Source: Camelus ferus (Eukaryota). From it: a stretch of 64,000 bases of DNA. This document shows positions 17,000 through 31,200 of the stretch, in pieces. Below the pieces are notes generated by a model. The model was not told where the DNA came from and searched no databases. It was given only the letters and a program-made list of their open reading frames with translations. The translations under genes and the position numbers were made by a program. The stretch spans positions 498,001 through 562,000 of the forward strand of contig NC_045697.1 of the NCBI RefSeq assembly GCF_009834535.1, given 5' to 3'. Positions within the stretch are counted from its first letter, which is position 1. The number at the start of each line of letters is the position of its first letter.

Positions 17000-17860
17000 C
17001 TGCCAAAACAAGTGCAGCCCGAGGGCCGGTAATGCTGCCACGATGCCGGGAGCCGCGGGCAGGGGCAGAGCTCCTGGGGCAGCGAGCACGCTCTGCCCAG
17101 CACGACCCCCTCCACACACAGGTGGAGGGTGGATATGCCGAACCCGCCCCTCAGTGCGCAGAAGGCGCGGCCTCCAGGGCAGCCCTGCGCGTCCCACGCG
17201 GAAGGGCACTCCTCCCAGATGGGCGAGGAGCAGCCACAGCCCCTGGGCACTACCCACTGCGCCACGATCTGGGCAGCTGCCCAACAGCCCCCTCAACCCC
17301 AGGCACCTGAAGGGTGTCAAGGTCTGGCGGGGCCCCAGGAGGGTCTACGTGGGTGGACCTTGCGTGCGGAGATCGGCCCGCGAGAGGGGCCTTGCCAGCC
17401 GCAGGCCCTAGGGCGGCCTGAGAGCTGCCTCTGTGCCCCTGGACCACCCCCACACGGGGCTCCGGGCGGCCCTGGACGCCTATCCCGCGGTGTCCGCGTG
17501 TCCAGGCGCAGCTGCTGCAGGTGAAGCCATGGGCAAGTTGAGCCAACATCTCACGAGTTTGGGCAGCACAGCGAGGCCTGCCCAGGACCACGCCCCACGC
17601 GGAGCCGCTACCTGCGCATGCGCACGGGCTGACCCCGCCCCCTCCCTTGGAGGAGCCCCGGGGTCCGCGAAGGCCAGGAGCTCGGCCAGCGCCGGCCCGG
17701 CCCGAGTGGGGCGCACCCTGCTCCTGGGCACCTCCCCGCGCCTGGCTCTTAAGCCCACCCACTACCGACACTTGCTTCTAAGGGCGGAGCTCCTGGCTCT
17801 GCGGGATACAGGGGAGGGGGCGATGGCGCAGGTCCAGGAGGGCGGGGGCCTACACCCCAG
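17000..17860. promoter_or_regulatory. Intronic CpG-enriched element with a perfect NRF1 site and GC boxes
   Basis: TGCGCATGCGCA at 17613-17624, CCACGCCCC ~17588, CCCCGCCCC ~17633, GGGCGG ~17782 and ~17840. Confidence 0.5.
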
Positions 17861-20800
17861 AGCAGTGAGCGCAGGGCCACAGCGATCTGAGCCACGACTT
17901 GCTCTGGCCACAGCCAGAGCCCCAGATACCCAATTTCTGGGCTCAAGGGCTGGGCCCACCCCATCCGACCTCATCATGTAATCCACGAGGTAGCTGGGGG
18001 ACGCAGTTTGTTCCTCCCTAACGGGATGTTACAATCGATGACCTCTCAAATTCAGTGAAATGCACAGGCCTCTGGGAACCCGTGGTGGACGAGTCGGCTG
18101 TCCTTGCAGCCTCTGGACTGAGCTGCCTGTGCTGACCAGGGAGGCCAACGACGGGCGTGCTGACCCTGGGGCCCTGGGCAAGGGAGGCTGTGGACCATAA
18201 GGGGCCACACGTGAGCTGCATAGACCAGAGCTGATGTGGTGAGTGGGATGGAGGGGTGTGGAGTGTGGGAAGCAGGGCTCAAGACTGCAGCCTGCAGTGA
18301 GACCAGCTGCCCTAGGCTCAGCCCTGGTATGGATGGCCACCCAGAGTGCAGTTTCCCTTGGGGCTGGCATGGAGGACACGGCCTTAGGGGACCAAACAGA
18401 AAGGACCAAGGCAGAGATAGCAGAACGGCGGGGCAGAGGGAGCCTGGGGCCCCCTTCCGCAAGCACCAGTCTGGCCAGGGCTTTTCCAAGAAAGGCATGG
18501 GGCACCGTAGGCCCATGTGTCACCTCCTTCCCGGCAGACACCAGGATTCCCAGCTGCTGGAGCCGGGGAGCTGCTGAGCAGGTGCAAGAACGTCCCACTG
18601 CCCACGTCCTGAGAACCGCCCTGGGAAGGCGTTGAGGCCGCACGGGAAGACCTCGCGTCTTGACGGGACGGGGTGTGGGTGGGGTAAGGGCCAGCGTGTG
18701 CCGGCAGAGCAGCAGTGAGAGCCCATGAGGGGCAAAGAAGCTAATGAGCATGTGGGGCGAGGGAACAGGAAGTGGAGACGTCACCGGAGCTAGGGCAGCG
18801 CACACGGGGAGGGCCCCGGGGGCAGGGGGACTCAGCTGGTGAGGAGGGCCCCCAGGCAGGTGGGCAGGTGAGGGGCTGCATGCAGAGATCTACTGACGTC
18901 CACTGTGGGCAGGCACAGCTGTGTATTAAGACGCACAGGTCAGGAGGGGCAGCCCCAGGCTCGGGGACAGGCAGATCGGGACGAGGAGGCACCGGACGGG
19001 AACCCAGGTCTCCGGCCTGGGCAGCTGGACATGCGTAGGCCGCGGCTGAGATGCGCGTGCAGAGGATGGGCTGGGCAGGCGGGACAGGGAGCTTTCACAG
19101 CATGGGTGTGTGTGCGGGGGCAGCCTGTCCGTAGCACTTCAAGGCGTCGTCGTCTCTGGTGCCCTGTGTTACGTCCAACACAGATGGCCCGTGACTGTCT
19201 CGAGTGTCTGTAAAGCTGAGGAGCTGGCGCATTGCAGTAAAAACCCGAGTGCTGGCTTCTTTCCCTGAGGTGGGAAGTAAGCGGGTCACTGCAGGTCCTC
19301 TCCAGCTCTGGTCCACAGTGCTCCTCCCCTCGGCTCTGAGCGCACAGCCCTGGGCATTCCCAACTTCAGAATGCTCCCGGTGACACGTGCTGTCTGCATC
19401 CATCACTTGAACTTGTATTTCTGGGTGTGACCCGCCCATGTGCATTTCTTGGTAAATCATCTTTTTCGTGCCTGGTCCTCTCTCAAACCTCAGGGCACTA
19501 GATGAAGTGTTCCCAGTGGACACCTCCCGGAGACCAGCCCCTGCCCCTGCAGGGCCGCCATCCTCTGTCCAGACTCCAGGTCCACAAGCCTTGCTGGTTC
19601 GTGTTCTCTCTCGTGGCTGCAAAGTGATTGTGACACCCCGGAAATGGCATCCACCTCCCAGGAGCCACCCCAGCAGCTCCCCAATGTCCTCTAGCAGCTG
19701 CAAAACCAGTGAGTGACTGAGTCGGTGTCCTCTGATCCAGAGAGGGTAACAGGGCCTGCCTGAGGAGTACTCACAGGGCACCACCCCAAAGGAAGGCCAG
19801 GAAACGGCATTCTGGAGCTGAGGCTCCCCTCCAGCCATCACAGGACACGCATGGCTGCGCTCAGGAGTTCCAGCGACTTCTCCCGCATCCTTCCGGGAGC
19901 TGGGTTCTGTGAAGCAGCCAGGGGCCCGGGGTGACACTCCCTGATGCTCCAGGGTTTCTCAATGACAAACGGCTCAGCGTGGAGGGACAGCAGGCTGGAG
20001 ACCTCACGCTCCAGACTCTGACGGAACCGCCAAAGTGCCACCCAAACCAGCAGCAGCCCACATGCCTCCCATTCTCGCAGTGACGGCCAGGCTGCACCTG
20101 GAGTCCGAGTCCCTGGGAACAGGGACAGTGTCACCTGCTTCTGGCCTGAGCACCCCTCCCCCAACCACTTCCTGCTGGGATGTCTCCTTCCTCGTGATCG
20201 AGGAGTCTGAACGTCTTAGCTGTTAACACTCTGGCCAGACACGGGCTGCAAACACCACCCCTCACTCCCCTGCTTTCCAGTTTTGTGTTGCCTCGAGACT
20301 GTTTCAACTGCCTTGTAACCAGATGGCCCCTTCCCTGTACACGCTGGCTGCCTGCAGACCTGCCCCATCTGGTTCTGTCCTGACCAGGGAGCACGGCTCC
20401 TCTAACACTCGGTGAGGGTGGGTGCCCACGCCAGCCGTGCCCGGGGACCTGAACGTGGGGGCATGAGGGCAACCCCAAGGCTCACAGGCTCACCAGTCCT
20501 CTGCCACTCCCAGTGTCCTCAGGTCTCCTGGGGCAGGGGCTGTTTTGGGGTTTCTGTCCCTCCTGCCGACGGCCACCCCACTACTAGCCACAAAGCCTGT
20601 TTCTGCATTTTTTTCTGGATTTTTATTTCATTTCTTACCTGGCCTCCCTCCTGGGACTGGCTCTTTGCTCTGACGAGGCCCCCACTGGCCCCTTCAAGAT
20701 GCTCTCCCCGTAGGCCTGCAGTCCTTCCCACAGCAGCCCCTGGGGACCGAGCCGGCTCCCCGGGCAGCGCCCCTCCCACCCTGGCCCGGCCTCTCGACAA

Positions 20801-22429
20801 ACCACCGTTTAGGGACCCCAGGCCTTCCTCTTCCGAGGCTGCCGCCCCCTCTGTGGGTGCCTGATTTTCTCCAAGGAGCTGCCTGAGAGGACGGCTGAGG
20901 AGCAAGGCCCCCAGCGGGTCAGCACGTGAGAAGCCGCAGTCCCGGGCTGCAGACCCTCTTCCTGCAAGCTTCAGTGTGCCCAGTGTGGGCCTGGTCTGAG
21001 CTCGGCCCCCACCCCCGGCCTTGGTGAAACCAGAGCTCCAAAGGTAGGGCGTCTGTGGGCCCCGGCGCTCCTCCCAGTATGTGGTGGGAGAGCTGCAGCC
21101 CCTACTCGGCTCCGGAAGATTTCCTCACGCTGTGGTGCTCACACCACTCTCTCTTCTTCTGTGACACTTGGATAACGTCCAACGTCCAACCAGCTGTGAG
21201 GAGGCAGAAACCCCGACCAAACACGACAGGGGAACCACGGTGAATCTCCTCCCAAGCCAGGGCCTGCAGACAGGAGGTTCAGGGAGGGCAGCTCTGCACC
21301 CGAAGCCCCCCCCACCTCTGCCGGCTGGACTGAGTCACGTGGCCACACCCGGCTGCACAGCATGGGGAGGGGCTGCTCGTCCCGGGCGGCTCTTCCACGG
21401 GGGCCGGGCTGCACCACCCCACCGGGCTTGGCCCCCCGGGGGGTCTGCCCCCTCTCCCTCGTCCTCGTCCCCTCCATCTTTCTTCTGGCCTTCCATGGAC
21501 TGTTCTCCAAGCTTCCTGTGAAAACCTCCATTTTCTGCTCACACTGTAACTTCCAGGAGCTACTCCTGCTCTCCTGGGTTCCTCTCCTGCCCAGCGGGCC
21601 ACCAGACACCTTCACACCTAAGGACACCAACGCGAGGCTTCCACACTCTCTTCTATCCAAAGCGGAACATTCTGCCCAGCAATGCTTCTCCTGCACATTT
21701 ACCTGTTCTCTGACAGGCGTGGCCTTGGCTGTGGGGGGCGAGGGGGCCAGGGATGCTGTCCAGTCCACTGGCGAGGCAGGGCTGTCCCTGACCCTCCTTG
21801 CTTCTTTAAGTTTTATATTAACTTGTTCCAGTAGTTTGGGTGCATCACAATTTTGGAATAAAACGTTTTGTCTCAGTTTCCAAATTTACTTGCAAAGCTT
21901 GTTTTAATATCGCCTATGATTTTTGTAAATTTCTATCCACAAGTCTCTTTCATTCTGTACATTTGTTTTTCAAACAGCAAGTTTTAGTTTGAAAGAGTTT
22001 AAAATTCAGGAGATGTCGCCAACACGGTAAGAGGGCTCCCGGGGTCACGAGCCCAGACGTATGCATCTGTGCACAGCTCCATGTGACTTCGCCGCTACCC
22101 CAGGACACAGAGCAGGACTGCCCGTCTCCACAAAGCAGCACCCGAACCTGGCACCTCCACCTCCACCACTGCCCTCCTGTCCGGGAGGGGACAGCTGACT
22201 CCCGGGGCCCCTGCGCCTTCTTGCCCAGCGGGGCTCCCGGGTAGGACTGTGCCTGAGCTGAAGGCCCTCTGGTTCCGGCCACGAGGAGCAGAGCGGCTGC
22301 GACGTCACACGCGGCTTTACTGTGTGGACGTGTGGTGTGCTTCTCTGGGAGCAGCAGCGGCAGCGTGACTGAGGGTTCCGTGCTGTGTGCGGCCGCTGGC
22401 CACCGTTCCCAGAGGGGCTGCCCGGCCAG

Positions 22430-22860
22430 ACCTCGGCCGCCGCCGCACTTTTCTCCTCGGCGGTCGCTGTCCTCTGCCACCTCCGGATGATCGTCAGCCT
22501 TTATCTCGGCAGGTTTTGCTCCTGGCCACCCCTCCCCTAGCTCCGAGACTGCCCTTGGAGCCCAGCTCCCCATGCGGGCCTGCACCCTGCGGCCCTGTGC
22601 CCCTTCCCGCCCCCCGATTCCCGACTGGCTGCCAAGTCTGCCCAGTAAATCCTCACTCTCAGCTTTGCTCCAGATCATCTCAGAATCCTCCTAGTCCTGT
22701 CCGTTGCTTTGAACACTCGCAGGTCCTCATGCTGCTCTCCAGCTCGGTCTTTGTGCCCCGGTTGTGACAGCAGCCGTCCCAGCAGCTCCCGGGGGTCCCT
22801 CCTCGCACCTTTATCTCTGCTGGCTTTCACTCAAAGTCCTCACCTCTGCTAATGCCTGGT
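22430..22860 (+). mobile_element. L2 LINE relic (intronic)
   Basis: gatgatcgtcagcctttatctc...cctcccctagctccgagactg resembles L2 consensus. Confidence 0.4.
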
Positions 22861-23297
22861 CACCTCAGACTGTGTGACAGACACTGTGCTACAAAACCAT
22901 TTATAGAGACCATCTGAGGCCCAGGGCAGTGGTCTCTTCCCATCAAGAGAATGCATGCCCATGTTCCACCAGCCACCCGGGGCGGCGGTGCAGGTCGCCG
23001 ACTATCCACGCTCAGGGCCTGAGGTGCACGTCCCGGGCTGGACGGCAGACACAAGGGAGCACTTGGTTCCGGCTCATCCTCCCTCCAGGGCCCCAGCAGA
23101 GAGCCAGGGGGAGGTCCAGCAGGCTCCATCCTCGGCTGGCCCAGAAGGCTGCCAGAGCCGCTGCTTTCAGCACAGCCCACATGCCAGGCCGGCTGCTGAG
23201 GCCTGTCCATCCCCGCGGAGTCTGGGCCTTTCCTGACCCTGCTGGCTCTCCGAAGCTCCTAGGCTGTCTCAGGAGAAACGTGGTTCTCAAGGACTCA

Positions 23298-23720
<423 letters not shown>

Positions 23721-25052
23721 TCAGCCTCCCGGTGCGGCGCAGCCAGGCAGCCATCCCAAGCACCTGTGATTTCCATGTGTCCAGACACAGGATCTTTCTC
23801 AACAGTGAGCTGAAAATCAAGGAGGAAACAAACTACCCTTTGCTTCAGCTCCCAGCCGCCCGGGCAGCCCTGCCACCCGCCTGATGCCAGGAGAGGCGGG
23901 CAAATCAGAAGTAACAGGCTTTGGGGACGAGCCCATGGTTTCTCCTCTGCCTGAGGCCACAGCGTGCTGCCCAGAAACCCCACAGGGACCCCCGCCCCAT
24001 CCAGTGCTGCTCCTGTACACAGGTTTGAGGGACAAGAAACAGTGCAGAGCTAGATGGGGGTTAAAACTCCAGAAAACGGGCAGAACCACTCACGTTCCCA
24101 AAAGACAAGGTTGAGGATCATTAAACACTTGTCCTTCCAGACGAGAGGCAGTGGCGCCTCATGTGGATCCAGGGTGGAGACGTGAGGGCCCACAGGAGAC
24201 ACACATTAGCCCTGCTAAAGCTTGGCCGCGGACGGCCCACGCAGCCCCGGGCACGCTGCAGCCAGCATGGGGGCGGCACCAGGTGTGCAGGACGAGAACC
24301 CAGGCATGGTGACTGCACGCTTTCCCAGGGCCCACAGCCACCTGCCAGCAGCCACAGCTCCCGAGGGCACGCCGCTCACACCCGACCTTCAGACGGCGAC
24401 GGTCTGCAGACCAGAACCCCAGGAGCGGTGTGTCCAGGCCACCCCTCCAACACGCAGTCAGCAGAGAGCAAAGCGCCACAGACGTGCAGAGAACAGCGAC
24501 TTTCCACGTGAAACTGCTACCTGGCCTAGCGTGTGACCCCCCCGCCCAACATCCCTCAGCTTTTATTTTCATAAACATCCAACCACAACCACGGTGCATG
24601 AACCAAGCCTCCAGGGTCCGCGGCGGCGTCCTGGCCATCACATGGCTGCACAGCCTTGTGCGGAACTGCCGGGGAGAGGACGGCGGGGCGCGGGCGGGCC
24701 CGGCAGTGAGCGTGGTGAACTCTCGATGGAGGGCACTGTGCTCGGCGGGGCTGCCCCGGACACCAGGCCTCCCGACCACGTAGCTGGTGCCGGACCAGGT
24801 CTTGGGGCCCAGCAGCAACGCCCAGAGCCACAGCGAGTCCGCAGAACCTCTGGCTGCGGCCTGGCCGAGCTCTCACAGCCTTGAGACTCCTCTCGACGGA
24901 AACGAACCACGTGGCACACGTGAGCCCGACCCCTGGGCTCTTTCCCAGAAATGCGGCCGCACTCCCTCTGGGAGGGCCCTGTCCTAACCCACCGCACCGG
25001 GGGACGGGGCACCGGCCTCGAGCAGCTGCGCACTCCAGCAGCCCCAACCAAC

Positions 25053-25245
25053 CTGACATCTCTTAATATGGGCTCAGCTTCCACCACCATGAATTCGCCT
25101 TTCAACGCGCTCTATCTTCAGAATCCCAGGGCAGAACTGCGTCCTGTCACTGCGTCCTCATCCCACGGCTTTAATCGTCTTGAACCAAAGCTCCTAGGCT
25201 CCTGTCCACGGCGGCCACCGAAGCCCGCGCCGGGTCAAAGTCTGA
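25053..25245 (-). CDS. CTBP1: CTBP1 alternative cassette exon, mostly 5' UTR; last 7 nt ATGTCAG (25059-25053) start CtBP1-S/BARS (MSGVRPP...)
   Basis: Acceptor tttaatttttAG at 25247-25246; ...ATTAAGAG ATG TCA G|GTTGGT donor; phase 1 matches the next exon and gives the known MSG-VRPP N-terminus. Confidence 0.88.
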
Positions 25246-28200
25246 CTAAAAATTAAACACAAGAGACACGTTAAACACCACTCAGGAGTGACAGGAACGC
25301 ACAAGCTCCAGGCGGTCCGTGGAGGCAGAGCTGTCCCTGCGTCCTCGACCCCACGCCTGCAGCTGCCAGGCTGGGACCTACCTGGATTCAGGCCTGGCCA
25401 GCGTGCCCAGGACGCCCACCCAGACGCCTCTAGGATGCACACACTAGGAGGCAGGGGCCCTGGGGCGCAGAGAGGAGGGCACAGGGAGTGGGTCTGCAGC
25501 CAGTTCTGGAAGCTTCCATCTCGTGTGGCCAACCCTTCCTGGGCCCTTTTCGCGGGGCAGGGGCAGGGAGCCCAGACAAAGCCGCCAGGCAAGAGGCCTT
25601 GGGACGCAGACCTTGACACGGAGGCCACTTTCCCACGTCCCCCACGGAGGCCCCTAGGCGGGGGCTTCCCCGGGGCCCACGTGAGATTCAGGCAGGGTCC
25701 TCCTGGAAGTGCCGCACGGCCCAGCCTGAGGGGCAGCACACGCGGGTCCCAGGCCTTTCAGGGGCAGGGATCCAGGAGGTTTATGGGGCTGGGAGCAAGC
25801 ACAGAGCGACCAGGCCCCGGGAGCGCGCCGGCCTTTCCTGGGTACCTGGCGAACACTCGGCTGAGACCGCCGCACGGGCGCTGAACCTGACGCGCCAGGG
25901 TAGGTAGGCCGTACTGACCGGCACTGGCAACGCTACATGTGCACCGTGAGGTCAGGCCACGAGGAGGGCAGCACCATGGACCAGGCACCCTGGCCCCCTA
26001 CCTACTGCTGGCCACAAGGAGACCGCAGCCAGGGACAGGCCTGCAGCCTCTGGAACGTGTGCGGCCCTCCCCTTTGCTGGACCCCAGCCTGCAGCCTTCC
26101 CGGGACCCAGTGGACAGAGCCGATGCTCAGAGACCCAGCTACCTCACAAGCCGCATGCAGGTGGGCGGCGGGCCCTGCCATCTGATTGTGAGCCTCGGCG
26201 GGGTCAGAGGGCCTGCCCCTCCAGGCCACCCCAGCCACGCTCAACTCGCAGAACGCCCTGAGCCCGCCCGTCCAGTCTGTCCCAGCGAGACTCCGGCGTC
26301 TCTGTTCCTGCATCGAGAGCAGATGTACTTTGTGACCCAAACCTTGGAAGCACCGGGATGCTGGCTGAATGGACTCAATGACACAGGGACTGCGCTGGCC
26401 CAACAGGCCCCAGCCAGGCCAGCTGAGCGCAGCCACACGTAGCCGGGGTCTAAGACGCACTGCTGGGTGTCCGCTGCCTGAGGGCCTCGCCGTCTGCAAA
26501 CGTCTCCCCTCAATTCCCGCTGGGGGCTCCAACCCCCATCCTGACAGTGTCACTGCCCACTGGGGACACCTGGTCACAAAGGACACGGCGTGTGGCTCCC
26601 CGCCAGCCAAGCAGCAGCTCACAGGCTTTTCTCTCCTCAGTGGCCCCCTCCAAAGGGCGCTGGGGCCACGCTGCGGGGGAGAGGGTCCTGGAGAGCAGAG
26701 CCGGCAGGAAGCCCTGCGCCAAGCCTGGTCCCCTTCTCACTCCCTCATGGCTGCCTGCGCTGGGGACCCCCGACCGCCAGCCAGGCCCCCTGGCTGCCCG
26801 GGCTGAGCGCCCCTCCCCTCCCTCATCTTCCCAGGGCAGGTGGTCAGGACCTGCTAGGCCCCAGCCCCGTGCCCACCACGCCTGCTCTGCGTGCAGCCTC
26901 CACCAGGCCCGAGCCCTCAGGACACGCTGGGATCCTCCTTGTCACGTCTCTCAGAAAACAACACGGAACGTTTGCACGCTGCAGATGGCGGACCCTCCTG
27001 ATTTACCTCCTTGGAGAACGTGCTGGATGAGTCGTGAAACAGCAGGTATCACCCCACACCCTGTAAACCAAGACGCGGCCCCCAGGGGCTGCCTAAGGGA
27101 CCCCGAGTGACTGTCCTTGGGCCCCAGGCCTCCTCCCTCGAGGCCAGCCCCTCTCTCCACCTGGTCATCACAGGAGGCTCAAGGGGACAGTGATGGATGC
27201 GGGGTGCCAGGACTGGGGGTCAGGGCTTTCTGGGGCCCAGGCCTCACTCCTGCTGACCCCACCCCAGCTGGGATGGGCAGTGTCGGCTGAAGTGGGGCTT
27301 CCACCCATGGCCCTGACTAGGCAGAGGCAGCAGACAGCACCACGGGACCCCAAAGACCTGCCACCCACGCCTGACCACCCCACCACCTCTTCATGCTCCC
27401 TGCTCTCCAAAATCACCCCCAAACTTATCCCAAGTAGCAGGGGAGCCCCGGCAAGGCTGCAGCGGTCACCTCCGCTGGCCGCAGCCTGCTGCCCTCCCGC
27501 AGAGGGTCCCAGCCAGCTGTCTCCTTAAATCCTAGAGAAACCAGGCCAGACGCACCAGAAAGCAAAGAGGGTGCCCCAGCCAGCCTTCCTGGTCACTCGA
27601 GGCCCCCAGCAGTCAGCAGCGTCCCCACCCCCCTGGGCTGGGGCTCACGCCCCATGAGTGAGGCACAGGACCTGCGTCCTTACAGGCTTGGGGAGTGAAC
27701 CAGACGCCACGGGCACTCCAGGTGTCCCCCAGCTCTGCCAGGTCCCCAGGCCAATCTCTCCGTGAGAACGACCTCAGAAGGAAGCTCTGCTCTGCTGGTG
27801 CTGAGCGCTGGACAAAGGACGGCTGTGTCCTGCCCTGCAGAGGAGCAGCCAGCATGCGTGGAGCTCTGAGGCCAGCCTGGACAGACAGAGAGCCCCAGGC
27901 AGGTTTCAGGCCCAACGTGCAGACTGGAGGCAACCTCTGGTGGGCACTGCAGACGGACGGGGATGAGTCTGGCTCCTCCTCTGCGGCCCCAGCCTCGGTG
28001 CCCCGTGGGCAGGACGGCAGCACCTACGGGGCCGGAAGGGAGCCAAGCCCAGCAGCAGCATGTGGTACAGGAACCCGACTGTCCACCGGCTTGAAATAAC
28101 AGCAAGGCCACAACCGCAAGAAGCTCCAGGCTAGTGCCGCCGACGTTCACAGGTGAAAATGCTCAGCTCTACCCTGTTTCCAGAAATAAGCCAAAGGCCC

Positions 28201-31200
28201 CACAAGGGCTCTCACTGCTCAGAGTAGCAAGAGGAGAGCCTCCAGACACGGGGTGGCGGGGTGAGCTGACAGGTGATAAGGGGAGGCCAGGGGGCCGGCA
28301 GCACGGGCCCAGGGAGGGGAGGGCCGTGGTCAACCTGAGAGCGCGTCAGCAGTCAGCCCAGGGACCTGAGGGCCCCCAGGCCACCTGTACCTGCAGCACC
28401 TTCTACAGCCACTGCTGGCCACACACCCCGACCCTGGCACCAAAGGAGGCCTTCTGCCCGGGAAGGGAGGGAAGGGACAGAAGGACGGCTGGGGGAAGCA
28501 AGGCCTGGGGCCAGCAGGCGTTAACGCGGGGGGGGGGGGGCACGGTGGCAGGCAGGGCCAACTCCCACACCCCTGGTGAGTGGAGTCCCACCGGCTCCTC
28601 ATTTTACAGACATGGGGCAGGGGGAAGGGATCCAGCCCCCAGAGCGCCCCAACTCCTGCCCAGCTCCGCCCACAGGCTGCCTGCGTGCTTGAGACCTGTC
28701 TTCAGCCACGGCTCCCTAGGTGTGGTACCCTCCCAGGGACCAGAGCACAACTGGCACACTCTGGGCTCACCTGAGTTGCTGGGCTCCCCCCTCCATCACA
28801 GCATGTCCCTGGTCCCTGGTCCTGGTGCCTGCAGGAAGCCTGGGGTCCTGACAACCCTGCCCCAGGCCAGACAGCGCCCCAGCTCCAGGCCCCCCTGCCT
28901 CCTGCAGCGCAGGTGAGCATCTCAAACTCAGCGCCCCCAGAACTTGCCCCGAAACAGTCCCCGCTTCCTCTCCAGCCCCAGTACCTGGCCTACCCCCCAA
29001 ATTCAGGGTCAGGGTCTCTCACCCTACGTCCCATCCAACGGCCAGTCTCCCTGGTCCCCTGTGCTCCCCTCTCTCCACCTGGCACCCGGCCCAAACACAG
29101 CGGCCCCCGGTACTGCAGCCAGAGCCCACCCCACGCCGCACACCCCTAGGCACGGCTGCTGCCTCACCACCCTTCCCAGTGACACCGGCCCCTCCCTGAC
29201 CCATGGCTTGACCCCGTCACACCCTCCTGAGAGCCACCTCCCGAGACAGGGGCCCCTGCATTCCCAAACCCTGGCCCCGTCTCAGAGCATCCCTCTGCAG
29301 CCCGCCCCCTGCACAGCCCCATCCTGGCACTGGGCGAGGCCGGCCCGCAGACCAGGCGCCGAGGCCAGTAAACCTGCATGGGACGATGCGCTGGCCTACT
29401 GATTCATCAGAATCAAAAAGGCGTCCCAACACGTGCTGCACATAAAGGGTACAAAACCAGTGGACGTGGCACCAAGACCCTTCCGCACGCGAGTCCACCT
29501 TTTACCTCTTTTGCTCAGCTCATGCCCACATGTATGCATGGGCCCCGCAGGCTTTACAACCTGGAGAGTCCTCATGGAAAGAACGTGGCTCATCAAGAAG
29601 CACCCCATGACTTAGAGTACATGACCTTCCTGCTTCTAGGAGTGATGTCTCACGGCCGCTCCAAGGAGACCCCTGTGGAGAGCCCCCTCCAAGGCCTGAC
29701 CTCACAGCTGGATGCGGAAGTCGGAGGGTTGGAAAGACCTGGAGTCAACGGCCAGCCCACTGGAGACACAGCCTCAGAGACAGACGCACGGCCTGACCAG
29801 TGTGCCAAGGGCACTGGGCCTGCCTCCCACAGGACGCGGTCCACAGTTGGGAGGGTCCACAAAGGCTCCCCTTAGGGCCGGGGTGCCAACCCCACCAGCA
29901 GGCTTGTCGGGATTTCTTCCAAGCCATTCCAGGCTCTAGAGCCCCTGGCCAGTCTGTGGCCGGGCTCAGGGCTGATGGGGCCAGGAGGGACCACCTCCCA
30001 GAGGCAGCACAGGCGGTAACAACTCAGCAGCGCTGAGCCTCCCCACTCCCGCATGACAGGCACTCAAGACCCTTGCATGGCAGGCCCTCAGGGCAGACCT
30101 GGGAGGGCCCCGTAGAAGCACGCGGCCCGCAGCTGAGCTTCTGGAGGAAAGGTCCAGGCTGTGACCTGCCGTCTAGGGGTGGAGGAAAGCACGGCTCGGA
30201 TCACCCTCCCACCCAAACGGATCAAGGTGTAGGGCTGGATGGGGCCACCCAGGGCTTTGAGCAGGCCTCCCGCAAAGCGAGGCCAGGACCCAGCCTGGCA
30301 TGGGCCTCCAACAGGACCAGCTGGGGAAACTTACTGCAGGATTAAAAAAAACCTCAGACAGCCACCTCTGCCCAGGACCTCCACATCAGGGAGCCAAAGC
30401 CATGTGCAGGCACAAGGGAGGGGCTCTAGCAACACACGGCCTTCCCCCCTCCCCTCACTTGACTGGCAATAACCCAGGGCTCTGACACAGGACGCTTGGG
30501 GGCAGGTGACACGTCATCGCAAAGAAAAGCCCCAGCGCAGGCCTAAGGCCTGCTTGCAGCCAGCTGCCCAAAGGCCACCCATGGCCGAACCCAAGGGCCC
30601 TGCTCCCACAAAGAGGAGTTCAGCTGGGGCTGAGGCCCTCTGGGAAGCATTTAACACCTACCATGGAACAGCTCGCTAGAGAATCACACCTTCACACGGA
30701 CGTGCACAGGGTTGGGTCCAGCCTCCCCAGGCGTGAGGCTGAGCTGCCCGCAGGATGGAACCCTTGACAGGGCAGGAGGGACCAGCCCCAGCCCCCAACC
30801 CCCAGACCCCCTCCCGGGTGTCCTCAGGCTGAAGAGGCCAGAAGGGGAACCCAGAACACAGCCAGGACAAAGGAAGGTCAAGTGGTCCAGGCAGCAACCC
30901 AGCCACCAGCCACTCCTTGGAATGAGAGGGAAGGGCCGGCAGGCAGGGCAGGAGGACTTGCCCACGGGCCTGACGCAGCTCCAGCCTCCCAAGACCGCGT
31001 AGAGATGCCCCAACCAAAGCACGCGCCCGAAGGTGGCACAGAACCTGACAGAAGAGCTGGGGGGAACTGACGGGCTGACCGACGGCCCCACAGGAAGCGC
31101 AGCCCCAGAGCAGCACCAGCACCTCTCCACGAGGCCCAGCAGGACCCACGATGTCAGCCTCCGCAATGCCCCAGAGGTCTAGGGTCGAAATGGGCCCCCC

